Positions 1-10,008 are shown, counted from the stretch's first letter. The stretch: 64,000 nucleotides of DNA from an uncultured Acidobacteriota bacterium (GCA_963804995.1 CAWDSK010000001.1:608001-672000), one strand, 5' to 3'. Translations and numbers: made by a program. Notes: a model not told the origin generated them from the sequence alone.

Positions 1-238
1 CAAAGCGGGTTACGAGGGCGGGAAGCAAGTCATGAATCGAGTCAGGATCTTCGCCCGTGCCGCCAGCCTGGGCGACACGCGCTCGCTGATTGTGCACTCC
101 GCCTCCACCAGCCATCAAGCCGTTCCGCGTGACCAGCGGCTCGCCATTGGGATCACCGATGGCTTGGTGCGCCTGTCGATAGGGGTCGAGGCCGCGGAGG
201 ACCTTATCCAGGACCTCGATCAGGCGCTGGCATTTTGA
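1..238 (+). CDS. C-terminus of a PLP-dependent Cys/Met metabolism enzyme (cystathionine gamma-synthase/lyase or methionine gamma-lyase); 5' end lies outside the window
   Basis: SLGDTRSLIVHSASTSH...GITDGLVRLSIGVEAAEDLIQDLDQAL is the typical C-terminus of this family. Confidence 0.85.
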   Translation, partial: KAGYEGGKQVMNRVRIFARAASLGDTRSLIVHSASTSHQAVPRDQRLAIGITDGLVRLSIGVEAAEDLIQDLDQALAF

Positions 239-384
239 TGGGAAGACCGCTTGATCTTCAGTTGCTTCAGCGGCCGCGGCGGGCCATTTTCTTAGAGGGG
301 TCGGAGGGGCGGGGCTTCAGAGTTTGTGGAAGGAATCCGTCGGCGCTGCCCTTGTCGACGCCAGTTTTCTTCCCCTTGTCAGCA

Positions 385-550
385 CCACCCCGTCGCTCGG
401 CGCGCCACCCCTCCTCATCTGAGTAGGGAAGTTCTGTAACCACTCCCCTCCTGATTTAGGAGGGGTGGTGCCCTGGGCGACGGGGTGGTTACCGGCAGCG
501 CGCCGAGCGCCGGGGTGGTTACAGTGGCGCCTGGAGCGCCGGGGTGGTTA
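385..550. repeat. Intergenic hairpin/repeat cluster between convergent genes
   Basis: CCCCTCCTGATTTAGGAGGGG palindrome plus three copies of CGGGGTGGTTA. Confidence 0.5.
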
Positions 551-1261
551 TTCTTCGTTCTCAACTTCTGCTTTGAGTGCCGCGAGGTCCGGGATGATGA
601 CCGTCTTGCCTTCCATCTTCACCAGCCCTTCAGCCTGAAAGCGGCTCAGGTTCCGCGAAACGAGTTCGCGGACGGTTCCAATGTGCGAGGCAAGTTCCTG
701 ATTGCTTCCCAGTAATGTGAATTCGGTCCCACGCGCCGTCGATTTTCCACGTCGTTTGGCGAGGCGAAGCAACAGTGCTGCCAGCCGATGCCGGACCGTC
801 GTGAATGAAAGCTCTTCAATAATTCCTACCAGCTTCCGAAGGCGCGCACCCACCACTTTTAGTACCTTTAGGGCAACTTCCGGATGTTCGAGGCAGAGCG
901 CTTGAAAATCTTTCTTGCCGACAAATATCAAGGCCGTATCACCCAGGGCGACGGCAGAGGCAGGATAATTTCCACCATCGAATAAGGGCACCTCGGCAAC
1001 GGATTGCCCCGGAGCCTCTATGGTTAGCACCTGCTCGCGCCCGCCCGCCGATGTCTTAAAAACTTTTACCGCTCCCGATGCAACCACATGCAGGCCCTGG
1101 CAGGCTTCGCCCTCGGAAAAAACCACGGCGCCGCCCTCAAGCTTGTGCAGGACGGCGCGCTCCGCCAAGAATCCCAATTCTTTTTCCGAGAGGTCCCAAA
1201 ACATCGGGACCTTTTTAAGAATCGCGGCACGCGCTGCTTTGGACTCAGTCATACGCGACAA
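548..1261 (-). CDS. Crp/Fnr family transcriptional regulator
   Basis: cNMP-binding domain (VFSEGE...SGAVKV) and C-terminal HTH SNQELASHIGTVRELVSRNL. Confidence 0.92.
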   Translation of the reverse strand: MSRMTESKAARAAILKKVPMFWDLSEKELGFLAERAVLHKLEGGAVVFSEGEACQGLHVVASGAVKVFKTSAGGREQVLTIEAPGQSVAEVPLFDGGNYPASAVALGDTALIFVGKKDFQALCLEHPEVALKVLKVVGARLRKLVGIIEELSFTTVRHRLAALLLRLAKRRGKSTARGTEFTLLGSNQELASHIGTVRELVSRNLSRFQAEGLVKMEGKTVIIPDLAALKAEVENEE

Positions 1262-1338
1262 TTTTAGCCCTGATTATCGAGATGCGGATATGTCTTCGCC
1301 CCAGGACCCGTTCGGAGGCAGCGAGTTCGAGCCACTCC

Positions 1339-2724
1339 TCACAACGGTAAGCGCAGCCGGGCTTCGCATCCTGTGCGATCTTTGCGATTCTCAAGCGTCA
1401 GGCTCCCGCCGTGGGCCTCTGCGATTTGCCGACTCAAGACCAGGCCGATTCCGGAGCCTGAGGGCTTGGTGGTGAAGAACGGAACGAAAAGGTTGGAGGT
1501 GTTCGCCAAGCCTGGCCCTTCATCCTGGATGCGCACCTCGAGTTGGTCACCTTGGCGAGCCCAGCCGACCTCAACTCCGCCTCCCGTTTCAAGCGCTGCA
1601 TCCACCGCGTTGCGGAGCAGATTGATGAGCAACTGTTCCAACTGGTCGGCATCCGCGCGAACCGTCACTTCCGGCCCGGGCAAGAGAGTAATCGCCGCCC
1701 GGCGCTCCAGTCCTGCCACGCGACGCACCAGGGCGCCCGCTTCCACCGGCCGGAGCGTCGGACTGGGCAGACGCGCCAGGCGCGCGTAGGCTTCCATGAA
1801 GCGGGTCAACGCCGCCGCACGCGCCTCAATCACTCCCAGTCCTTGACGCACATCGCCTTCCCAATCCGCGGGCCGCGGCTCCCGGTCCAGTATTCTTTCA
1901 AGAGTCCCGGCCATCGATTTGATGGGAGCCAGGGAATTGTTAAGCTCGTGGCCGAGCACGCGAATCAGTCGCTGCCACGCCTGACGTTCTTCTTCGCGCA
2001 GGGGGCGGCTCAAATCCGTCAGGACCAGCAGATGGTGCGGCTTCCCGCCCTCGCGGAAGGTGCTGCGCCGCATGCCCCAGCGTCCGGCTCCACCCGGGAA
2101 GGAGGTGGTCAGGGTTCGCGCCGGTTCCCCTTCCAGCCAATCCGCAAGTCCCAGTTCCTCGGCCGTGCGTCCCAGGATGCGCTCACTGGGCTTGCCGAGA
2201 AGCCGCTCGCCCGCGCGATTCATCAGCCGCAGGCACTCCTCGCCATCGAAGGTGAAAACGGCAACGTCGATTTCCTCCATCACTTTGCGCATCAGGGCGG
2301 TTGCTTCCAGCGCACCCAGCCGCCGGGCTCGCAGCATTTCGCTCAAGGCGTTCACTTCCACCATCACCTCTCCAAAAGCGTCGTCCGGGCGCGCGCCGCG
2401 AGCGCGGATGGAGTAATCCTCTTCGCGCAGAGCTGCCAGCAGGTTGGAAAGGGTTCGCAGCGGATAAACCAGACGGGAGCGGAGTGAAAGCGCGCCGCCC
2501 AACCAGAATGCCGCCACCAGCGCGGTTAGTGTCCAACGCGTGCGGTCCGTGTAGTCGCGAGACCAAAGCAGAATCACCGTCACCAGCACGGCGGGAAGTC
2601 CCGCAATCACCGCGGCCGTCAGGAGCTGGATTTCAAAGCGCATCTGCCGGCTGACGCGAGGTGAACGCCGGGAAGTGGCGTCGCGCCTGGTGGGCTCGGT
2701 CGCGAGAATCACTGGATTGCTCAC
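1339..2724 (-). CDS. Membrane sensor histidine kinase (PAS, HisKA, HATPase)
   Basis: Two N-terminal TM segments, H-box LGHELNNSL, N-box INLLRNA, G boxes DEGPG and FFTTKPSGSGIGL. Confidence 0.92.
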   Translation of the reverse strand: MSNPVILATEPTRRDATSRRSPRVSRQMRFEIQLLTAAVIAGLPAVLVTVILLWSRDYTDRTRWTLTALVAAFWLGGALSLRSRLVYPLRTLSNLLAALREEDYSIRARGARPDDAFGEVMVEVNALSEMLRARRLGALEATALMRKVMEEIDVAVFTFDGEECLRLMNRAGERLLGKPSERILGRTAEELGLADWLEGEPARTLTTSFPGGAGRWGMRRSTFREGGKPHHLLVLTDLSRPLREEERQAWQRLIRVLGHELNNSLAPIKSMAGTLERILDREPRPADWEGDVRQGLGVIEARAAALTRFMEAYARLARLPSPTLRPVEAGALVRRVAGLERRAAITLLPGPEVTVRADADQLEQLLINLLRNAVDAALETGGGVEVGWARQGDQLEVRIQDEGPGLANTSNLFVPFFTTKPSGSGIGLVLSRQIAEAHGGSLTLENRKDRTGCEARLRLPL

Positions 2725-2734
2725 CTTTTCACCG

Positions 2735-4099
2735 CTACAAACCGTATTTCTTCATCCGGCGATAGAGGGCGCTTCGGCTCAGTCCCAGAGCGTCGGCGGC
2801 CGCGCTGACGTTTCCCTCATAGCGGGCCAGCGCTTTTTTGACCAGCAGGCACTCAACGTCTTCGAGACTCATCTCTTCCACATGTCCAACCCCCTCGCGG
2901 CCCGCCCGCAGGCCCAGGTCGCTCGAACGTACCGCATCGCCCTGGGCCATCAGAACCGCCCGTTCGACCGCGTGCTCGAGCTCACGGACATTGCCCGGCC
3001 AGGGGTATTCGAACAGCGCCTGCATTGCCGCGCTCTCAAAGCCTGACAGATGCTTTCGGTAGCGTTGCGCGAACTGGCGGAGGAAATAGTTCGCGAGCAG
3101 GGCCAGGTCTTCACGCCGCCCCCGCAAAGGTGGAAGCGCAATCTCAATAGTATTCAACCGGAAGAGCAGGTCTTCACGAAACCGTCCGGCGTGGATTTCC
3201 TGGGCGACGTCAGCGTTGGTCGCTGACAAGACGCGCACATCCACCCGCCGAGTCTTCGATGAGCCCACGCGCTCAAGTTCTCCCGTTTCGAGCACCCGCA
3301 GCAGCTTGGCTTGCAGATTTAACGGAACGTTGGCGATTTCGTCGAGGAATAGCGTCCCCCCGTCCGCGAGTTCGAACCGGCCCACGCGATCCGCTTTGGC
3401 GTCCGTAAAGGCGCCCTTGACGTGGCCGAACAACTCGCTTTCGAAGACGCCTTCGGAAAGGCCGCCTGCGTTCACAGTGACCATGGGCCGCGAAGCGCGT
3501 TCGGACAAGACGTGCAAACTTCGCGCCACCACTTCCTTGCCCGTGCCGTGCTCGCCGGTGATCAACACATTCGCATCGGAAGGACCGACGCGCCCGATCA
3601 GGTCGAGCACCGGCCGCATGGCCGGAGATTCCGCGATCAGGGTGGGCCGGCCTTCGGCTCGCAGCAGACGGTTTTCCGCTTCCAGGCGCTGCCCCTCGCG
3701 CAAGGCGCGGCTCAACTCCAATTGGGTTTTTAGAATCGACAGCAGGCGGGCATTTTCCCAGGGCTTCTGGATGAAATCGCGGGCCCCGCGGCGCATGGCC
3801 TCCACAGCGATTTCCACGCTGCCCCAGGCGGTCATCACCACCACGGGCAGCGTGCTGTCCATACTCTGCACGCGCGTTAGCAGGTCAAGCCCCTCCTGCC
3901 CGGAGGTAGTGTCTCGAGCGTAGTTCAGATCCATCAGCAGAAGGTCATAATCCGCCGCTTCGAGGAGGGCCAGAACCCCAGAGGGAGACGTAGCCGCCCG
4001 GGTCTCAAACCCTTCCGCCTTCAGCAATAGCCGCAGCGCCTCGATAACGTCAGCCTGGTCGTCGGCAATCAGGATTCGCGGCGGGTTTGTCGTCTTCAT
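2735..4099 (-). CDS. Sigma-54-dependent (NtrC-family) response regulator; probable start MKTTNPP at 4099
   Basis: Receiver domain, GEHGTGKE Walker A, GAFTDA motif, C-terminal Fis HTH. Confidence 0.93.
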   Translation of the reverse strand: MKTTNPPRILIADDQADVIEALRLLLKAEGFETRAATSPSGVLALLEAADYDLLLMDLNYARDTTSGQEGLDLLTRVQSMDSTLPVVVMTAWGSVEIAVEAMRRGARDFIQKPWENARLLSILKTQLELSRALREGQRLEAENRLLRAEGRPTLIAESPAMRPVLDLIGRVGPSDANVLITGEHGTGKEVVARSLHVLSERASRPMVTVNAGGLSEGVFESELFGHVKGAFTDAKADRVGRFELADGGTLFLDEIANVPLNLQAKLLRVLETGELERVGSSKTRRVDVRVLSATNADVAQEIHAGRFREDLLFRLNTIEIALPPLRGRREDLALLANYFLRQFAQRYRKHLSGFESAAMQALFEYPWPGNVRELEHAVERAVLMAQGDAVRSSDLGLRAGREGVGHVEEMSLEDVECLLVKKALARYEGNVSAAADALGLSRSALYRRMKKYGL

Positions 4100-4283
4100 G
4101 TGATTGGATTCCGCTCCGGCAGTTAGATGTGATGGCCCCACCAAACACCACCCTCGGCGGGAATTCTAGCACGTCCGCGCCCGTGGGGACCTGTCCCCTG
4201 GAGTTTTTGTAGTGCATTAGGGTGGGCAACGGCGTGAAATCCCTCTCCTCCGAAAAGGACAAAAGTACCTGCCTGATCCACCC

Positions 4284-4299
4284 TGTGACTTAAGTTACA
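4284..4299 (+). promoter_or_regulatory. Crp/Fnr-type site upstream of feoA
   Basis: TGTGA-cttaag-TTACA, one mismatch to TGTGA-N6-TCACA. Confidence 0.5.
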
Positions 4300-4314
4300 T
4301 GCAAATGGTTTGCA
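4300..4314 (+). promoter_or_regulatory. Fur-like palindromic operator upstream of feoA
   Basis: TGCAAA-TGG-TTTGCA perfect inverted repeat about 80 bp before feoA. Confidence 0.5.
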
Positions 4315-4393
4315 ATTAGCTAGTTTCAGGGTGAGGAGTTTTTAAGCATTTTGGCCTTTTGTCTGGAACCTACCTTGCCCTAATGGGGTTGGT

Positions 4394-4651
4394 ATGCGAG
4401 ACACAGCGAACTTTGACTCACCCATGAACCTCTACCAAGCTGACGACCACGCCCACCTTAGGATTCTTTTAATTACGGGTGGTTGGGATGTGCGTCGCTC
4501 CTTCAACCAGATGGGCATCCAGCCGGGCGATCGCGTCCGGGTATTACGTCGTGCCCCTTTTGGCGGTCCGCTGATGATTGACAACCGCGGCACCCAAGTT
4601 GCGGTTGGTAAGCAACTGGCGGAAAAGATCCGCGTTGAAGTCCTGCCGTGA
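4394..4651 (+). CDS. feoA: Ferrous iron transport protein A
   Basis: QMGIQPGDRVRVLRRAPFGGPL motif; overlaps the start of feoB. Confidence 0.9.
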   Translation: MRDTANFDSPMNLYQADDHAHLRILLITGGWDVRRSFNQMGIQPGDRVRVLRRAPFGGPLMIDNRGTQVAVGKQLAEKIRVEVLP

Positions 4652-6669
4652 AGGTCGCACTGGTCGGCCAACCCAATTCAGGTAAGAGTACTCTTTTTAA
4701 TGCCGTGGCGGGATACCGCTCGCTAACCTCAAACTTTTCCGGCACCACGGTAGAGTACACGTACGGTGAGGCGCGGGTGAATGGCGCCGTATTGGAACTG
4801 GTAGACTTGCCAGGCCTTTATTCCCTCACGCCAACCTCTCCGGTAGAAGCTGTCAGCCGGGATTTTCTGCTCGCCGGTGGGTGGGACGTCATCGTCAATG
4901 TATTGGACGCCTCGCAACTGGCGCGCAGCCTGGAGCTGACCCTCGAAGTGCTGGACCTCGAAGCCCCGTTGGTCATTTGCCTGAACATGATGGACGAAGC
5001 CGTGCGCAAAGGTATGACGATTGATTCGCGCGCCTTGGCAATCGCCTTGGGAGTGCCGGTGGTGGAAGCGACCACGGCGCGGGGGCGCGGCATCATGGAA
5101 ACCTTTCGGACGGCGCAAGCGGTGGGTGCTGCCGGGCACAACCGTACGCGCGCCTTCATTTACGCAAAGGATGCGGAAGTGGTGGTCGAGCAACTGGCGG
5201 AGAAGATTGCCGGAGTCACACACGCGCATGGGTCGCCGGCCCTTCAGACGCACGAAGCATCGGCCTCGGCTGCCCACACACCCGAACAACTTTCTGCCGT
5301 CAGCGTTGCAGTGGCGGAAGCCGGCGGCAGCGAAGCGCCGGAATTTCCTCCCGCACGCTTCCGAGCCCTCCAGTGGGTGCAGAGTGATCCCCTCGAAACC
5401 CGGCGCGAGGCCCCGGACGTAGCGCCGGCGGTAGAATGGGCGCAAGCTGAGATCGCGGTGCGCACAGGCCAGCCGGCGGATGCGGCAATCTCCGCGGCGC
5501 GGCACGCTGCCTGCCTCACACTTTTTGAGCGCGTGGTGCGTGTGGCGCGGCCCCGCACCGATTGGCGCGAGAAGTTGGATCGTCTGGTCATGCATCCCTT
5601 CTGGGGTTACGTGGCTTTGCTTGGTGTCTTTCTGGGATTCTTCCGCCTGATATTCGACGTGGGCAAGCTGGGTGAGGCCCGCATCCTGGCGGTCTTCGAC
5701 CTGCTGGTGGCGACGCTCGCGCAGCACCTTGACCCGCAGAGCGCACTCTTCGCAGCCACGAAAGGCGCCGTGTTGGGGACGGCCGGGGCGGTAGCCATCG
5801 TGCTGCCCTACCTCCTGCCGTTTCTCGTGGGCTTGGCGATTCTTGAAGACATCGGTTACCTCTCGCGTGTCGGTTACCTGATGGACGCCGCGATGCATCG
5901 CCTGGGACTGCATGGCACGGCCACCCTGCCGATACTGGTGGGCTACGGATGCAGCGTACCGGCCGTGATGGCCACGCGCATCCTCACTTCCCGGCGTGAC
6001 CGCTTTATCGCGGCATTCCTGGCGGTGCTGGTGCCCTGCTCGGCGCGCATGACGGTGATCTTCGCGCTGGTGGGCTTCTATCTGGGGGCGAATTACGCTC
6101 TCGGCATCTACGCACTGAACATTGTGGTAGTAGCTCTCGCGGGACACGTGCTAGCGCGCCTCTGGCCGGAAATTTCACCCGGCATGCTGCTTGAAGTTCC
6201 CGCCTACCGAGTGCCTGCGCCGCGCGTGGTGGCGCTCAAAACCTGGTGGCGACTGCGGGAATTTGTTTTGGTGGCGTTTCCACTGCTGGTGGTGGGGAGC
6301 GTGTTGCTGAGTCTTGTGGATTTCTACGGCTGGCAACATGGCATCAATGCGGCGCTCTCACCGCTCACGGCGCTGCTGGGATTGCCACGCTCCGTGGGCC
6401 TGACGCTGATTTTCGGCGTGCTGCGCAAAGAACTGTCGCTCTTGATGCTAATGCAGGCGCTCGGCACAACCCATGTGCTGGGCGTCATGACCGCGGCGCA
6501 AATCCTGATCTTCACCCTCTTCGTAACTTTCTACCTGCCTTGCATGGCCACGCTCGCCTCCCTGCTGCGCGAACTCGGCTGGCGACTGACCCTCGCCGCG
6601 TCAACTGCACTGCTCGCACTGGCCATCGTCATCAGCCTCGCGGCGCGCGGGATACTGGCGCTTTTGTAG
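4648..6669 (+). CDS. feoB: Ferrous iron transport protein B
   Basis: GQPNSGKS G1, DLPG G3, NMMD G4, gate motifs GYGCSVPA and FYLPCMAT. Confidence 0.95.
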   Translation: MKVALVGQPNSGKSTLFNAVAGYRSLTSNFSGTTVEYTYGEARVNGAVLELVDLPGLYSLTPTSPVEAVSRDFLLAGGWDVIVNVLDASQLARSLELTLEVLDLEAPLVICLNMMDEAVRKGMTIDSRALAIALGVPVVEATTARGRGIMETFRTAQAVGAAGHNRTRAFIYAKDAEVVVEQLAEKIAGVTHAHGSPALQTHEASASAAHTPEQLSAVSVAVAEAGGSEAPEFPPARFRALQWVQSDPLETRREAPDVAPAVEWAQAEIAVRTGQPADAAISAARHAACLTLFERVVRVARPRTDWREKLDRLVMHPFWGYVALLGVFLGFFRLIFDVGKLGEARILAVFDLLVATLAQHLDPQSALFAATKGAVLGTAGAVAIVLPYLLPFLVGLAILEDIGYLSRVGYLMDAAMHRLGLHGTATLPILVGYGCSVPAVMATRILTSRRDRFIAAFLAVLVPCSARMTVIFALVGFYLGANYALGIYALNIVVVALAGHVLARLWPEISPGMLLEVPAYRVPAPRVVALKTWWRLREFVLVAFPLLVVGSVLLSLVDFYGWQHGINAALSPLTALLGLPRSVGLTLIFGVLRKELSLLMLMQALGTTHVLGVMTAAQILIFTLFVTFYLPCMATLASLLRELGWRLTLAASTALLALAIVISLAARGILALL

Positions 6670-6715
6670 TCTCACTCATTGCGATCTGATTCGACGTGCG
6701 ACGCTGGCAGTAAGC

Positions 6716-7258
6716 GTAGCGCGGTCCCCCGTTTTTGGGGTCCGCGGTACTTCGTCACAATACATTCGCTCCATTGGCGCAGGAAGAGCCGCAGACCTCA
6801 ACGGCGGAGGTCTGCGCTACGTTTGCTCATGTGACTCCATCGTGTAGTGCACAATGCGGGTGTAGCGCGGTCCCCCGTTTTTGGGGTCCGCGGTACTTCG
6901 TCACAATACATTCGCTCCATTGGCGCAGGAAGAGCCGCAGACCTCAACGGCGGAGGTCTGCGCTACGTTTGCTCATGTGACTCCATCGTGTAGTGCACAA
7001 TGCGGGTGTAGCGCGGTCCCCCGTCTTTGGGGTCCGCGGCACTTCGTCACAATACATTCGCTCAATTGGCGCAGGAAGAACCGCAGACCTCAACGGCGGA
7101 GGTCTGCGCTACGTTTGCTCATGTGACTCCATCGTGTAGTGCACAATGCGGGTGTAGCGCGGTCCCCCGTCTTTGGGGTCCGCGGCACTTCGTCACAATA
7201 CATTCGCTCAAATGGCGCAGGAAGAACCGCAGACCTCAACGGCGGAGGTCTGCGCTAC
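6716..7258. repeat. Tandem array of about 3.7 copies of a 146-bp unit built from a GTAG...CTAC REP doublet
   Basis: Units start at 6716, 6862, 7008 and 7154 with GTAGCGCGGTCCCCCG; each doublet ends in CGCAGACCTCAACGGCGGAGGTCTGCGCTAC; units are nearly identical. Confidence 0.92.
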
Positions 7259-7336
7259 GCGTGCTGCTGTGGCGTGTTGCAAGATGGCGGCAGCGAGAGG
7301 GCATGTTATACTTGGGGAGACGGCTGAGGAGCAGCG

Positions 7337-7565
7337 GTGAAGATCGACGATTACAAGACCATTCTCTATTGCCAGGAAGATGGCGCGTGGGTAGCAGAGA
7401 TCCCGGCTATTTCAGGATGTTACGCCCTGATGCCCACCCGCGAAGAAGCGCTTGCCGAGCTCTCCAGAGTCTTTGAATGGTGGTCGTGAGATTGGCCCGC
7501 CACTTTTCTTCAAAATCCTTCGCCAGCTTGGGATCACCTCCGCGCAGTTTCGGGAACTGCGATAA
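7337..7565 (+). pseudogene. HicB N-terminus joined to HicA C-terminus (internally deleted hicBA module)
   Basis: GTG at 7337 after GAGGAG gives MKIDDYKTILYCQEDGAWVAEIPAISGCYALMPTREEALAEL (HicB-like); another frame from about 7479 gives GGREIGPPLFFKILRQLGITSAQFRELR* (HicA-like). Confidence 0.7.
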
Positions 7566-7639
7566 CACACGCCACGGGGACTGCGACGACCGGGATCAGG
7601 GAGTTACGACTTCCCGGGTAGGCGGGGTGATGCAGAGCC

Positions 7640-8173
7640 TTAAGGCTCATCGCGGGGCAATACCTGGGTGCAGGCCGGGCAGAATTCCGCGCGTTTCAGG
7701 TCGATGCGTTCGACGCCGTTTGAGGCGCTCATTACGCAGGTGTAATCGGAGCAATGGCGCAGCCCGTAGGTGTGGCCGAGCTCGTGGAGGGCTTCTTTCA
7801 GCAAGCGGTCGTGGAGAAGTTCGGGGTCGCTGGGTAGACCGTAGAACTCCTGGCGCAGTCGATGCGCGGAAACCAGGGCCCCGCCGTCCGACATCTGCGC
7901 TTCACCGAAGACAAAAGTCAGGACGGGGATGTAGAGGTCTACCTCGGTCACTCCCAGCACCTTCCAACTATCGCTGGGCGGCCTCTCCAGAATCTTCTTC
8001 AGGATCTCGGAAGAGTGGTATTGCTGGCGCAGGGAGTTGTAGGCGAACTCCGTCTCCAACCCATCCGGCTGGATGGAACACGCCACCTGCAACCGCCGCG
8101 TCAGGCCCTCGGCAAGAGGTTCCAGAAGCGCCCGGTCCACTTTTCCAATTGGCATCAGCGAGATGATTCTCAT
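7640..8173 (-). CDS. Archaemetzincin family Zn metalloprotease
   Basis: HELGHTYGLRHC-x4-CVM motif and C-terminal FCPAC. Confidence 0.9.
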   Translation of the reverse strand: MRIISLMPIGKVDRALLEPLAEGLTRRLQVACSIQPDGLETEFAYNSLRQQYHSSEILKKILERPPSDSWKVLGVTEVDLYIPVLTFVFGEAQMSDGGALVSAHRLRQEFYGLPSDPELLHDRLLKEALHELGHTYGLRHCSDYTCVMSASNGVERIDLKRAEFCPACTQVLPRDEP

Positions 8174-9525
8174 GGCGCGGCCGGGATAGCCTTCCGGAAT
8201 CCGTATTTCTTGATCTTATTGTAGAGGGTGACGCGGTCGATGCCGAGCACTTTGGCGGTCCGCGTCTGGTTCCACTCACAGACCTCGAGCACGTGCAGGA
8301 TATGCCCGCGTTCTACGTCATCAAGCGCTAACCCCCCCTCAGGCGCGGGCGGCGTTGAGACCTGCAGGGGAAAATCCGCAGCCTGGATTTCCGGCTCGCG
8401 GCCAATCACCATGGCGCGTTCGATGGCGTTTTCCAGTTCCCGTACATTGCCGGGCCACTCGTATTTCATCATAAGGTCGAGCGCCGGCCGGCTAAGACTA
8501 GTGAAGCGTTTGTTCATGGCGCGCGAATACTTGTGCAGGAAATGATCGGCGAGTAGGGGGATATCCTCTTTGCGCTCGCGCAGGGGCGGTACCGTGATGC
8601 CGAAAACATCCAGGCGGTAATAGAGGTCGGGGCGGAAGGTGCCCTCTCTTACCAGGGTGGTCAGGTCCTTGTTGGTGGCAGCGACGGCACGAAAATCCAC
8701 CTTGATCGGCTGGTTGCCGCCCACGCGGGTGATCTCTTTTTCCTGGAGGACACGCAGCAAGTCGGTCTGGGTCTTCAGGCTGATGTCGGAAATCTCGTCG
8801 AGAAAAACCGTGCCACCCTCGGCGACCTCGAATTTGCCTTTCTTGCGGTACTGCGCGCCCGTGAACGCCCCCTTCTCATGCCCAAAGAGTTCGCTTTCGA
8901 GCAAGGTCTCCGTCAGCGCGCCACAATGGATGGTGACCATGGGCATGAAGCGGCGCGGGCTCAGGTTGTGGATGGCGCGCGCCACCAACTCTTTGCCGGT
9001 CCCGCTTTCCCCGTGAATCAGTACGGTGGTATCGGTGGGCGCCACAGTCCGGATGGCCTCCAGCACTTTCTGCATGCCGCGGCTTTGGCCGACCATCTCA
9101 ACGGCCTGAACTTCCTCCAGATTTTCGCGCAAGCGCAGGTTCTCTTCCTTCACGCGGCGATGGTCGAGGGCTTTGGAAACCGTGTGGGCCAGGTCATCCG
9201 GGTCGAACGGCTTCATGATGTAATCGTAGGCGCCGTCTTTGAGCGCCTGCACGGCAGTCTCAACCGAGGCATACCCGGTCATAATGATGACGATGATGTT
9301 AGGGTCGACCTCGCGAATCTTGCGGTGTAGCTCCAGGCCGTCCATGCCCGGCATCTTGATGTCTACCAGGGCCAGGTCCCAACGCTGGCGCGGCAGCTTC
9401 AAGAGCGCCTCGCGGGCGCTGGTGGCGGTATCCACACTGTAGCCCTCTTCTTCAAACCATTTTCCAAGCGATTCCCGCACGACACCTTCGTCGTCGACTA
9501 TCAGGATGCTGGCCTTTGGATTCAT
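8170..9525 (-). CDS. Sigma-54-dependent response regulator; probable start MNPKAS at 9525
   Basis: Receiver domain, GESGTGKE, GAFTGA, C-terminal HTH. Confidence 0.93.
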   Translation of the reverse strand: MNPKASILIVDDEGVVRESLGKWFEEEGYSVDTATSAREALLKLPRQRWDLALVDIKMPGMDGLELHRKIREVDPNIIVIIMTGYASVETAVQALKDGAYDYIMKPFDPDDLAHTVSKALDHRRVKEENLRLRENLEEVQAVEMVGQSRGMQKVLEAIRTVAPTDTTVLIHGESGTGKELVARAIHNLSPRRFMPMVTIHCGALTETLLESELFGHEKGAFTGAQYRKKGKFEVAEGGTVFLDEISDISLKTQTDLLRVLQEKEITRVGGNQPIKVDFRAVAATNKDLTTLVREGTFRPDLYYRLDVFGITVPPLRERKEDIPLLADHFLHKYSRAMNKRFTSLSRPALDLMMKYEWPGNVRELENAIERAMVIGREPEIQAADFPLQVSTPPAPEGGLALDDVERGHILHVLEVCEWNQTRTAKVLGIDRVTLYNKIKKYGFRKAIPAAP

Positions 9526-9544
9526 TTTCTCTACTCCTTCAATT

Positions 9545-9575
9545 CGGGATACGGGATACGGGACACGGGATACGG
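9545..9575. repeat. Heptamer tandem repeat (CGGGATA/CGGGACA), left flank of the four-helix-bundle gene
   Basis: cgggata cgggata cgggaca cgggata. Confidence 0.8.
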
Positions 9576-9590
9576 AACCCGCGGTTCGCC

Positions 9591-9962
9591 TCAAGATTTC
9601 GCCTTCCGTATTCTCAACACCCCGATCAAACGATTAAGCATTTTCTCGATATCTTTAAACGGCTTCGAAACCGAACCAAACTCCTCTGAATTTAGAAAGT
9701 GTAAGTTGCACGCAACAATCAGGTGTGTCTCCAGTTCCATCAGTGACCCTCGCGCCACCGTCAGGAACTGAATGTATTCTCCCCTGGACCCTCTTCCCCA
9801 TCCTTCTGCGATATTAGCGGCGACCGAGGTCGTGGCCCTGCGGATCTGTGAAGTCAAGCCGTACCGTTCTGTGTCGGGGAAGTGAGCGGTTAATCTGTAG
9901 AGTTCGGTTGTAAGGGAAACAGACTTCTTCCAAACATCCAACTCCTTGTAGTTCTGAACCAC
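9591..9962 (-). CDS. Four helix bundle protein (23S rRNA IVP / bAvd-like family)
   Basis: YKELDVWKKS...FPDTERYGLTSQIRRA..SVAANIAEG..R...EYIQFL..ARGSLMELETHL. Confidence 0.92.
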   Translation of the reverse strand: MVQNYKELDVWKKSVSLTTELYRLTAHFPDTERYGLTSQIRRATTSVAANIAEGWGRGSRGEYIQFLTVARGSLMELETHLIVACNLHFLNSEEFGSVSKPFKDIEKMLNRLIGVLRIRKAKS

Positions 9963-9978
9963 AAATGCCCCCTACGCT

Positions 9979-10008
9979 CGTATCCCGTATCCCGTGTCCC
10001 GTGTCCCG
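9979..10008. repeat. Heptamer tandem repeat (CGTATCC/CGTGTCC), right flank, reverse complement of 9545-9575
   Basis: cgtatcc cgtatcc cgtgtcc cgtgtcc. Confidence 0.8.

Noticed and set aside
4729..6147. Long antisense or alternate-frame ORFs (also 23481-24857, 25222-26541, 27630-28973, 54811-56097, 55463-56680)
   Set aside because: They shadow well-supported genes in GC-rich DNA and show no recognisable motifs.
6716..7258. CRISPR array
   Set aside because: The unit is 146 bp and the would-be spacers are identical; there are no cas genes in the window.
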